This document shows positions 1-7,731 of a DNA stretch of 18,505 nt, piece by piece. Made by a program: the position numbers and the translations under genes. The stretch lies in the NCBI GenBank assembly GCA_048268245.1, contig JBLWVX010000041.1:1-18505 (forward strand), read 5' to 3'. The notes below the pieces were generated by a model. The model ran no database searches. It saw only the letters and a program-made list of their open reading frames with translations, and had not been told where the DNA came from. Each line of letters starts with the position of its first letter. Positions within the stretch are counted from its first letter, which is position 1. The stretch is from Arcobacteraceae bacterium. Its GTDB lineage: Bacteria; Campylobacterota; Campylobacteria; Campylobacterales; Arcobacteraceae.

Positions 1-1092
1 GGTATTTCATTCCCAGCTGGTTCTGGTCTTATTGCATTCGCAGGTGTTACTGGTATGATGCCATTAACTATGCCAGAGTCTGTATTAGTTAAATTCAAAG
101 GTGAAATGCAACCAGGAATTACTTTAAGAGACTTAGTAAATGCTATTCCTTACCAAGCTATCCAAGATGGATTATTAACTGTTCCTAAGAAAAACAAAAA
201 GAACATCTTCGCTGGTAAAATTATTGAGATTGCTGGATTACCAGATCTTAAAGTTGAGCAAGCATTCGAATTATCAGATTCAGCAGCAGAAAGATCAGCA
301 GCAGCTTGTTCTGTACAATTAGATAAAGAACCAATCATTGAGTACTTAGAGTCTAACATTGCTTTAATTGAAAAAATGATTGAAGAAGGTTACGAAGACG
401 CTAGAACTCTTCAAAGAAGAGCTGACAAAATGAAAGAATGGTTAAAGAACCCTGAGTTAATTCAACCAGATGAAGATGCAGAATATGCAGCTACTATCGA
501 AATTGATTTAAATACAATTACTGAGCCAATCTTAGCTTGTCCAAACGATCCAGATGATGTTGATACTTTAACAAACATCTTAGCTGATGAAAACAGAATC
601 CACAAAATTGACGAAGTATTCGTTGGTTCTTGTATGACTAATATCGGATTATTCAGAGCTTTAGGTGAAGTTCTTAAAGGTGAGGGTGAAGTTCCTACTA
701 AATTATGGGTTGCACCACCAACAAAAATGGATGAAGCTCAATTAACTGAAGAAGGATACTACGCTACATTTGCAGCAGCAGGTGCTAGATTAGAAATCCC
801 TGGATGTTCTTTATGTATGGGTAACCAAGCACAAGTATCTGAAGGTGCAGCAGTATTCTCTACATCTACAAGAAACTTTGATAACAGACTTGGAAAAGGT
901 TCTCAAGTTTACTTAGGATCTGCAGAAGTTGCAGCTGTAGCAGCACTTCTTGGAAGACTTCCATCTAAAGAAGAGTACATGGAAATCGTACCTAAAAAAA
1001 TTACTGAACAAAACAAAGATGGAGTTTATAAATACTTAAACTTCAACCAAGTTTCTAAAGAGCACTTAACTACTTTAGTTACTTCAAGATAA
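1..1092 (+). CDS. acnB: Aconitate hydratase B (bifunctional aconitase/2-methylisocitrate dehydratase), 5'-truncated by the window edge
   Basis: Frame is open from base 1 ([34 protein letters not shown]). AcnB motifs include [45 protein letters not shown] (Fe-S cysteines) and [12 protein letters not shown]. The ORF-track start at 55 is internal. Confidence 0.97.
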   Translation, partial: GISFPAGSGLIAFAGVTGMMPLTMPESVLVKFKGEMQPGITLRDLVNAIPYQAIQDGLLTVPKKNKKNIFAGKIIEIAGLPDLKVEQAFELSDSAAERSAAACSVQLDKEPIIEYLESNIALIEKMIEEGYEDARTLQRRADKMKEWLKNPELIQPDEDAEYAATIEIDLNTITEPILACPNDPDDVDTLTNILADENRIHKIDEVFVGSCMTNIGLFRALGEVLKGEGEVPTKLWVAPPTKMDEAQLTEEGYYATFAAAGARLEIPGCSLCMGNQAQVSEGAAVFSTSTRNFDNRLGKGSQVYLGSAEVAAVAALLGRLPSKEEYMEIVPKKITEQNKDGVYKYLNFNQVSKEHLTTLVTSR

Positions 1093-1100
1093 TCTTGAAT

Positions 1101-1130
1101 TAAAACAAAGAGCTTTGTCTCTTTGTTTTA
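1101..1130 (+). terminator. Rho-independent terminator after acnB (possibly bidirectional)
   Basis: Perfect 12-bp stem TAAAACAAAGAG-ctttgt-CTCTTTGTTTTA, 8 bp after the stop codon. Confidence 0.85.
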
Positions 1131-1215
1131 TTATAACTACTAATTACCAAATCTCAAAACCTGTCTTAATTTTATTTTTATAGTGTATAATTCAAAAAAT
1201 AAAAAAGGTTTTTAC

Positions 1216-2094
1216 TTGCCATATATCTTAAAAAAGATTAATGTATCAAAAGCTACGAAAATAGAAGAATTTTTACTAGAAAATACAAACTTAGATGAAA
1301 ATACAATTAATAGTTTAGTATCAAAGGGAAAAATTCTTAATGATAAAAACAAAAGATTACAAAAAAACCAAATAGTTAAAGATGGATACATAAATATATA
1401 TGTATTTGAGCCTAAAAGCAAGGGATTAAAACCTTTATTTGAAACTTTTCATTTTGCAATTTTTGATAAGCCCTCTGGTTTAAAAGTTCATCCAAGTGCT
1501 ATTGATGAAGAGTATACTTTACTTGATGAAATAGAGTTTTATTTGGGTAAAGATGCTTCATTAGTTCATAGAATTGATGCTGAAACATCTGGTTTAGTTT
1601 TAGTTTCAAAAAATCCATATAGCCAAATGGTTTTAAACTTAATGTTTGAAGAAAAGAGATACTCAAAAAAATATTTAGCTTATGTAGAAAATGAAATTAA
1701 AGAGAATTTAGTTATTGATAGTAAGATTGGTAACTCAAAGGGTTTAATCAAATTGAAAATGCAAGTTTGTGATAATGGAAAAGAATCTCTTACAAAAATT
1801 AAGCCAATATCATATAATAAAGATACAAATACAACTTTAGTTGAAGCTTCTCCTATTACTGGTAGACAACATCAAATAAGAGTACATTTAGATTCTATTG
1901 GACATAGGATTATAGGTGATCCAATTTATGGAATAGATGAAAAACTTTGTAATAAATTTCTTAGAAAAAATATGGATGAAAAAGAAAGATTAGAAGTAAC
2001 AGGTAAGAGTAGGTTAATGCTACATGCTTATTCTTTAGAGTTTACATTTTTAAACATAAAATATAAAATATCTTCAAAGCAAGAATTTAAGTAA
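1216..2094 (+). CDS. RluA/RluD-family RNA pseudouridine synthase
   Basis: Motifs DKPSGLKVHP, HRIDAETSGLVL (catalytic Asp), ITGRQHQIRVHL, IIGDPIYG and RLMLHA. Start placed at TTG 1216 behind AAAGG. The ORF-track GTG at 1183 abuts a TATAAT at 1186-1191 and is probably promoter DNA. Confidence 0.92.
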   Translation: MPYILKKINVSKATKIEEFLLENTNLDENTINSLVSKGKILNDKNKRLQKNQIVKDGYINIYVFEPKSKGLKPLFETFHFAIFDKPSGLKVHPSAIDEEYTLLDEIEFYLGKDASLVHRIDAETSGLVLVSKNPYSQMVLNLMFEEKRYSKKYLAYVENEIKENLVIDSKIGNSKGLIKLKMQVCDNGKESLTKIKPISYNKDTNTTLVEASPITGRQHQIRVHLDSIGHRIIGDPIYGIDEKLCNKFLRKNMDEKERLEVTGKSRLMLHAYSLEFTFLNIKYKISSKQEFK

Positions 2095-2120
2095 AAAGAG
2101 ACTTTTTAAAGTCCCTTCTT
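2093..2120 (-). terminator. Terminator between the convergent genes, best on the minus strand
   Basis: Minus strand reads AAGAAGGGACTTT-aa-AAAGTCTCTTTTT, a stem with G-U pairs ending in a U-run. Confidence 0.65.
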
Positions 2121-2125
2121 AGTAT

Positions 2126-3196
2126 TTATTTTTCTTTACTTATTAAAGGAAGTTTATTAAGTAGATTTTCACAATACTCCCATTGATCCAATGTTTCTTT
2201 CCATTCTTTAGGAATAGCATTTACTCCTTTATATGCTCCTAAAACCATCCCAATAGCAATACCTCTTGAAGCATTATCTCCTCCAACCATTGCATTTGCT
2301 TGTAAGGCTCTTTTTAAGCCATTTTCTTTATCTGAATATTTTAATATAAAATAGACACTTGCAGGTAAAGTACCTTCTGTTGGACTAGCTTTTCCAACTT
2401 TTATAGGCTCACTTCTTCCTATATCCCAAAGTCTAGCCATACTAGTAATTGCTAAATCATCACTAAATTGCTCTTTTGAAAGTGCAGAATTAGGGTCTTT
2501 TTCTTCTTCATATTTTGCAATTGCTTGCTTTACTTTATCTTCATAAAATCCACCCATTAAGATTGCAACATCTTCTATGGCACTTCTTGGTGTTTCACCT
2601 CTTAAAACTCTATGTGTCACTCTTGCAAAAAACTCACCTCCACCTAGTGCATAGGTATTTTGATGAGTAAACATAGTTTTTCTTGCTACATCAACTACTT
2701 CTTCTTCAGTTTCATAATAAGAATGAGCAGCAACATGTCTAATCGCTGTTGCATTTGATGCACCACCTAGATATTGAACTTGTACTCCTTGTTTGACTTG
2801 ACCATATGTCTCTTTTGTCATTGTACAAATCCATGAACCCCAACCATTTTCAAGTCTATTCATCCAATGTGGAATTAATTTTGATACTTCAAAAGCTCTT
2901 GGTGGATTTGAAATCATTGCTAAATGCTCTAGAACTAAAATATTGTAATCTCCATAGTCCGTAGTACCTCCTGCTTTTTTCCCAGGATGATAGTTTCTTT
3001 GTCCCCAACCAATTCCATGAGTTTCACCTCCCATATATTCACCAGGATTCATAAATCTATCTATTGGTTTTTGACCATAAGCATTATAGATTTTTTTAGC
3101 ATCGTATTCATAATGTGTACCTAAACATAATGCATCTGCGACAATAGCTCCAAAAAATGTACCTTTTAAATTTTCTTCTTTTAATAGTTTATTCAT
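2126..3196 (-). CDS. ADP-ribosylglycohydrolase (DraG/ARH) superfamily protein with divergent metal-binding motifs
   Basis: N-terminal GTFFGAIVADALCLG, TTDYGD, and C-terminal ANAMVGGDNASRGIAIGMVLGAYKGVNAIPKEW match the family pattern. AAGG RBS lies upstream on the minus strand. Confidence 0.85.
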   Translation of the reverse strand: MNKLLKEENLKGTFFGAIVADALCLGTHYEYDAKKIYNAYGQKPIDRFMNPGEYMGGETHGIGWGQRNYHPGKKAGGTTDYGDYNILVLEHLAMISNPPRAFEVSKLIPHWMNRLENGWGSWICTMTKETYGQVKQGVQVQYLGGASNATAIRHVAAHSYYETEEEVVDVARKTMFTHQNTYALGGGEFFARVTHRVLRGETPRSAIEDVAILMGGFYEDKVKQAIAKYEEEKDPNSALSKEQFSDDLAITSMARLWDIGRSEPIKVGKASPTEGTLPASVYFILKYSDKENGLKRALQANAMVGGDNASRGIAIGMVLGAYKGVNAIPKEWKETLDQWEYCENLLNKLPLISKEK

Positions 3197-3325
3197 ATTT
3201 TATAACCTTTTAGTTTTAATGGCTATATCTTAGGGAAATTTACATTAATACGCAGAAGAAATATTGATAGTTCTTTATTAAATGTTATAAAGCTATGTTA
3301 ATATCACTTACATACACTTTAATGG

Positions 3326-3345
3326 AGTAAATGAAGATTCATTTT
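3326..3345. promoter_or_regulatory. Palindromic operator candidate upstream of tetR
   Basis: AGTAAATGAAGATTCATTTT, 19/20 identical to 6457-6476 upstream of hydA. The core AAATGAA-ga-TTCATTT is palindromic. Confidence 0.7.
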
Positions 3346-3398
3346 CTCTTAACCATAAATATACTATTATTAGAAAAACATTATTTCAAGGATCTATC

Positions 3399-3995
3399 AT
3401 ATCTACTGCAAAAGAAACTAAAAAGAACAATATTATTGAAAACTCTTTAAAGCTTTTTTCTCAAAAAGGGTTTTATAATACAACTATTCCAGATATTGCA
3501 AAAGCCATGAAAATGAGTGTTGGAAATATGTATAATTACTTCTCTTCAAAAGAAGAGCTAGCAAAATATGCTATTAAATACTCTACAAATATTTTAGCAG
3601 CAGAATTAAGAGAAATAAATCAAATGGATATATCTTCAAAAGATAAAATATATTTATTTGTAAAGAACTATTTTGAAAATGTTAAAAATTCTCCTGAAGT
3701 AGTTGAGTATTTTTTAAGGGTTTACTTATCAAATAGAGAGGTATTTAAACAAGGTTGCGAAGGCTTTTTATGTGTAGGAGAGTTTGTAACAGAAGTTATG
3801 ATTCTTTTAGATGAAGGTGCTCAAAACAGAGAGTTTAGAGAACAAGAGTTTTTCCCAGCATTTGCCATGATTATGGGTTGTTTAGGTGGTTTTGCTTTTC
3901 TTTCAGGAGAAGCTGTACTTGACAAAGATTTATTAGAATATTCAGATGCAATTGCTGATAATATCTACAGAGCCTTAAAGTATGAAGAGTCATAA
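3399..3995 (+). CDS. TetR/AcrR-family transcriptional regulator, probable non-canonical ATA start
   Basis: In-frame sequence upstream of ATG 3507 encodes KETKKNNIIENSLKLFSQKGFYNTTIPDIAKA, continuing into MKMSVGNMYNYFSSKEEL to give a complete TetR HTH. There is no in-frame ATG, GTG or TTG between the TAA at 3288-3290 and 3507. AAGGA at 3388-3392 sits 6 nt before ATA 3399. Confidence 0.9.
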   Translation: MSTAKETKKNNIIENSLKLFSQKGFYNTTIPDIAKAMKMSVGNMYNYFSSKEELAKYAIKYSTNILAAELREINQMDISSKDKIYLFVKNYFENVKNSPEVVEYFLRVYLSNREVFKQGCEGFLCVGEFVTEVMILLDEGAQNREFREQEFFPAFAMIMGCLGGFAFLSGEAVLDKDLLEYSDAIADNIYRALKYEES

Positions 3996-4869
3996 GCCAA
4001 CAATTGTATGGTATCAAGCAGTTACTTGTAATGGCAATACACATTCACTTTTAAGTGCAAACTCTTCAAGATTAGAGCTATTTTTAAATAGCTTTGATCT
4101 TATATATCATCCATCACTTACAATTGACACAACTTTAGATGATATTTTAAAGTTAAAAAATATTGATTTTTTATTAGTTGAAGGAGCTATTACTTCTGAT
4201 GAAAAGTACTATTCAATTAATCAAAGCTCAACAAAAAATATTTTAGAAAAACTATCCCAAAAAGCAAAATATATAATAAGTGTAGGTTCATGTGCTTCTT
4301 ATGGAGGTGTTCATAAAAAGTTTGAACAAAATAATGATATTTTAGGTGTTGAAGAAATTATAGATACAAAAAAATATAAAAACTTAAAACATGAGATAGT
4401 AAATCTTACAGGTTGTCCTGTGCATCCTGAGTGGATACTTCAAACTGTTTTTTCTTTAAATAGTTTTGGAAAAATGAGTTTAGACTATGAAAAAAGACCA
4501 ACTGAACTTTATAGTAATTTAGCTCATCATGGATGTACTAGAAATGAGTACTTTGAATGGAAGATTGAAGGTGATTTTGGTCAAAAAGAGGGATGTTTAT
4601 TTTATGATCAAGGTTGTAGGGGACCCATGACTCATAGTTCTTGTAATAAGATTTTATGGAATGATGTGAGTTCTAAAACTAGAGCAGGTATGCCATGTAT
4701 TGGCTGTACTGAGAAAGATTTTCCAAGAGAAAATATGCTTGAAACAAAGAAAAATATTGGTATTCCTTTAGATGTACCACTTGGTATTCCTAAACGTGCA
4801 TATTTATCTATAACAGGTGTTGCTAAAACTTTTAAAATAGATAGACTAAATAAAAAACTAATGGACTAA
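3982..4869 (+). CDS. huaS: Cytoplasmic [NiFe]-hydrogenase small subunit, group 2 (2d-like; HuaS/HupS type)
   Basis: TCNGNTHS, LLVEGAI, VGSCASYGG, LTGCPVHP, HHGCTRNEYF, GCLFYDQGCRGPMTHSSC and SSKTRAGMPCIGC. No Tat signal and no membrane anchor. Overlaps the tetR end by 14 bp. Confidence 0.9.
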   Translation: MKSHKPTIVWYQAVTCNGNTHSLLSANSSRLELFLNSFDLIYHPSLTIDTTLDDILKLKNIDFLLVEGAITSDEKYYSINQSSTKNILEKLSQKAKYIISVGSCASYGGVHKKFEQNNDILGVEEIIDTKKYKNLKHEIVNLTGCPVHPEWILQTVFSLNSFGKMSLDYEKRPTELYSNLAHHGCTRNEYFEWKIEGDFGQKEGCLFYDQGCRGPMTHSSCNKILWNDVSSKTRAGMPCIGCTEKDFPRENMLETKKNIGIPLDVPLGIPKRAYLSITGVAKTFKIDRLNKKLMD

Positions 4870-4871
4870 TT

Positions 4872-6224
4872 TTGAAAACAGTAGATATAGTTGAAAGAAT
4901 AGAGGGTGAAGCTAGGCTTAATTGTACTTGGGAAAATGGCTTTGTCAAAGATACCCAAATAGATTTTTTAAATTTTAGAGGTTTTGAGTATATCTTAGAA
5001 GGTAAACCAGCTTTAGATGCACTTGTATACACTCCAAGAATTTGTGGAATTTGTGGTCAGGCTCATTTAAAAGCTACAGTTGAAGCTTTGGAAAATATCT
5101 ACAAAAGTGTAAATGAAGAACTAGTTGTTACAAATAAAGCTAAGATTTTAAGAGAAATTGGTTTAAATATTGAAATAATTGATTCACATATAAAATGGTT
5201 TTATATGTTTATTTTACCTGATGTAATTAAACTTAAAGAAAATGATTTAAAAGAGTACTCACCATTAAAAGGTAAAAGGTGGTTAGAAGCTTGTAAAACA
5301 GCTAGTGAAACTATAAAAGCTTTAGCAATTATAGGAGGGCAATGGCCTCATACTTCGTATATGATACCAGGTGGAGTAGTTAGTGACCCAACTCTACTTG
5401 ACTTAACTTCAATGATGAACTATTTGGATTTAGCAATTAACTTTTTTGAAAACTCTATTGCAGGAGTTAGTTTTGATAGGTATTTATCTTTTAATAGTGT
5501 AGATGATTTAAATATTTTAAATGGTGATTTAAAATATTTTACAAACTTGAGTTTTGAATACTCACTACAAAAATACGGAACTTCATATGATAGACATTTA
5601 GCTCTAAGTGATTCTTCTATTTCTAAAAGGGGAAAAATTAGACAAAGACTTACAGATAAACTTGACTTAAATAAAATAAAAGAGAATACTGATAAAACAT
5701 TTACAGTCAACCAGAGTCAAAATAAACACAAACATACTTGGTCTAAAGCAGTTACTTACAATTCAATATTTTATGAAACTGGACCTTTATCTAGGGCGAT
5801 GGTGTCAAATAGAGAGTTTATTTATGATCTTCATAAATCATATAAAGACTCAGTATTTACAAGAGTAATGGCACGAGTTGATGAAATAGCTCACCTTTTA
5901 CATAGTACAAAAGAGTTAATAAAACAAGTAGATATAAGTGAAGAGTCTTATATAAAACCCAAAATATCACTAAAAGATATACCAAAAGCTAATGCTAAAT
6001 CAGTAGTTGAAGCTTGTAGAGGTTCCCTATATCATAATGTATCAATTGAAAAAGGAATTATTACAAAATATGATGTAATCACTCCAACGGTTTGGAATTT
6101 AGGTCCTGCTATAAAAGATGAAAAAGGAGTGGCTCAAAAAGCAATAATTGGCTCACCTTCACTAGATATTGCAAAAATAGTTCTTAGAAGCTTTGATGTT
6201 TGCTCTGTTTGTACAACTCACTAA
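4872..6224 (+). CDS. huaL: Cytoplasmic [NiFe]-hydrogenase large subunit, group 2 (2d-like; HuaL/HupL type)
   Basis: RIEGEA, FRGFEYIL, L1 motif PRICGICGQAH, GGQWPH, VEACRG, and L2 motif RSFDVCSVCTTH ending at the stop. TTG start. Confidence 0.92.
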   Translation: MKTVDIVERIEGEARLNCTWENGFVKDTQIDFLNFRGFEYILEGKPALDALVYTPRICGICGQAHLKATVEALENIYKSVNEELVVTNKAKILREIGLNIEIIDSHIKWFYMFILPDVIKLKENDLKEYSPLKGKRWLEACKTASETIKALAIIGGQWPHTSYMIPGGVVSDPTLLDLTSMMNYLDLAINFFENSIAGVSFDRYLSFNSVDDLNILNGDLKYFTNLSFEYSLQKYGTSYDRHLALSDSSISKRGKIRQRLTDKLDLNKIKENTDKTFTVNQSQNKHKHTWSKAVTYNSIFYETGPLSRAMVSNREFIYDLHKSYKDSVFTRVMARVDEIAHLLHSTKELIKQVDISEESYIKPKISLKDIPKANAKSVVEACRGSLYHNVSIEKGIITKYDVITPTVWNLGPAIKDEKGVAQKAIIGSPSLDIAKIVLRSFDVCSVCTTH

Positions 6225-6312
6225 GTAAAATAAACTGTTACCTTTTTAAACATAAGAAAAAATATTTTATAAATAATAATTCTATTATAAAAGCCAACTT
6301 TAAACTTTATAT

Positions 6313-6368
6313 ATGAATAATCATTCATTAAATAACCATTTGATGGTTACTTGATGAATATCTATTCA
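6313..6368. promoter_or_regulatory. Cluster of palindromic sites upstream of hydA
   Basis: TGAAT-N4-ATTCA at 6314-6327 and 6355-6368 flank TAACCAT-ttg-ATGGTTA at 6333-6349. TTGAT-gaat-ATCTA at 6351-6364 is 9/10 to the FNR consensus. Confidence 0.55.
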
Positions 6369-6456
6369 GAAAACTTGACTTTAAAGCTATTTTATTGCTA
6401 GAAAACCTTAAATATTATTAAGTAAACAATAAGTTTCATATTGTTAATTTTACAAT

Positions 6457-6476
6457 AGTAAATGAATATTCATTTT
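6457..6476. promoter_or_regulatory. Palindromic operator candidate upstream of hydA
   Basis: Perfect 16-bp palindrome AAATGAATATTCATTT (6460-6475) between a candidate -10 TACAAT (6451-6456) and RBS AGGAG (6478-6482). Confidence 0.75.
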
Positions 6477-6489
6477 TAGGGAGAAATAT

Positions 6490-7731
6490 ATGATAGATTC
6501 TACAGAGATGGTAAAAAAAGTTTTTACCCAAAAATCAGGTAGAGTGGATACAAATAAAGGTGACGAATATTATAACTCTTTATTTGAGAAAGCTAAAAAT
6601 AGATTATCAACTTTAAGAGCGCAAGAGCCACTTAAAGATATTGATATGATGGATGTAATTGAGAGTGAAGGTGTAAATAGAAGAGATTTTATGAAGTGGG
6701 TTAGTGCTACAACTGCAACACTTATGTTACCTCCTATGTTTGCTCCTTTAGTTGCTGAAGCAACTGAACTTATGAATAGAGTTCCTGTTGTTTGGCTTGA
6801 ATTACAAGACTGTGCTGGTAATACAGAAGCACTTTTAAGAAGTAGTGCTCCAACAGTTGATGATTTATTATTTGATGTATTAAGTTTAGAGTTCCACCAT
6901 GCTTTAATGGCAGGTGCTGGACATGATGCTGAACATCAATTAGATGAAGCAATTGAGCACTTTAAAGATAACTACTTATTATTTGTAGAGGGTTCTATTC
7001 CTATGGGAATGAATGGAAACTATGGAACTATTGGACCATCAGGTGAGACTTTCCATGACCACTTACAAAGAATCTCTAAACATGCAGCAGCTGTTGTAGC
7101 TGTTGGTACTTGTGCAACATTTGGTGGAGTTCCTGCTGCATCTCCAAATCCAACTGGAGCTGTTGGTGTTATGGATATTGTAAAAGGGAAGCCAATTATT
7201 AATATTCCTGCATGTCCTGCAAACCCTGCAAATATGGTTGGTGTTGTTTTACACTATATCTTAACAGGTCAAGTTCCAGAACTTGATTCTCTTCTTAGAC
7301 CTAAGTTTGCATTTGGATATAGAATTCATGATAACTGTGAAAGAAGAGCACACTTTGATGCAGGTGAATTTGTAGAAGAGTGGGGTGATGTTGGAGCTCA
7401 AAATAACTGGTGTTTATATAAAGTTGGTTGTAAAGGTCCTATGACATTTAACAACTGTTCAATTATTAGATATAACGAGGGAACAAACTGGCCTATTGGT
7501 GCAGGTCATGGATGTATTGGATGTTCCGAGCCAGACTTCTGGGATAAATATGCTTATCAAAGACCAATGGCAAGTGCAAATATAAAAGCTCCAACAGGTG
7601 GAGTTGAAAAAACAGTTGATGAGTTTGGATTAGGATTATTAACAGCTACAACTGTAGGTATTGGTGTTCATGCAGTTGCAAGTGCAGTTGCTGGTAAAAA
7701 ATCAGGTGAAGTAGAAGGAGAAGATAAATAA
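6490..7731 (+). CDS. hydA: Membrane-bound uptake [NiFe]-hydrogenase small subunit (group 1b), Tat-exported
   Basis: Tat motif NRRDFMK at residues 63-69, FVEGSIP, VGTCATFGG, IHDNCERR, WCLYKVGCKGP, WPIGAGHGCIGC, and a C-terminal TM helix with conserved His (GIGVHAVAS). Strong RBS. Confidence 0.95.
   Translation: MIDSTEMVKKVFTQKSGRVDTNKGDEYYNSLFEKAKNRLSTLRAQEPLKDIDMMDVIESEGVNRRDFMKWVSATTATLMLPPMFAPLVAEATELMNRVPVVWLELQDCAGNTEALLRSSAPTVDDLLFDVLSLEFHHALMAGAGHDAEHQLDEAIEHFKDNYLLFVEGSIPMGMNGNYGTIGPSGETFHDHLQRISKHAAAVVAVGTCATFGGVPAASPNPTGAVGVMDIVKGKPIINIPACPANPANMVGVVLHYILTGQVPELDSLLRPKFAFGYRIHDNCERRAHFDAGEFVEEWGDVGAQNNWCLYKVGCKGPMTFNNCSIIRYNEGTNWPIGAGHGCIGCSEPDFWDKYAYQRPMASANIKAPTGGVEKTVDEFGLGLLTATTVGIGVHAVASAVAGKKSGEVEGEDK

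Noticed and set aside
1083..1099. Inverted repeat TTCAAGAT-A-ATCTTGAA over the acnB stop
   Set aside because: Short and AT-rich, adjacent to a better terminator, with no independent evidence of function.
1183..1215. GTG start for the pseudouridine synthase
   Set aside because: No RBS and it abuts a TATAAT box; TTG 1216 has an AAAGG RBS.
2126..3196. Calling the glycohydrolase draG
   Set aside because: No draT or nif genes in the window and the catalytic motifs diverge; only a superfamily-level call is supportable.
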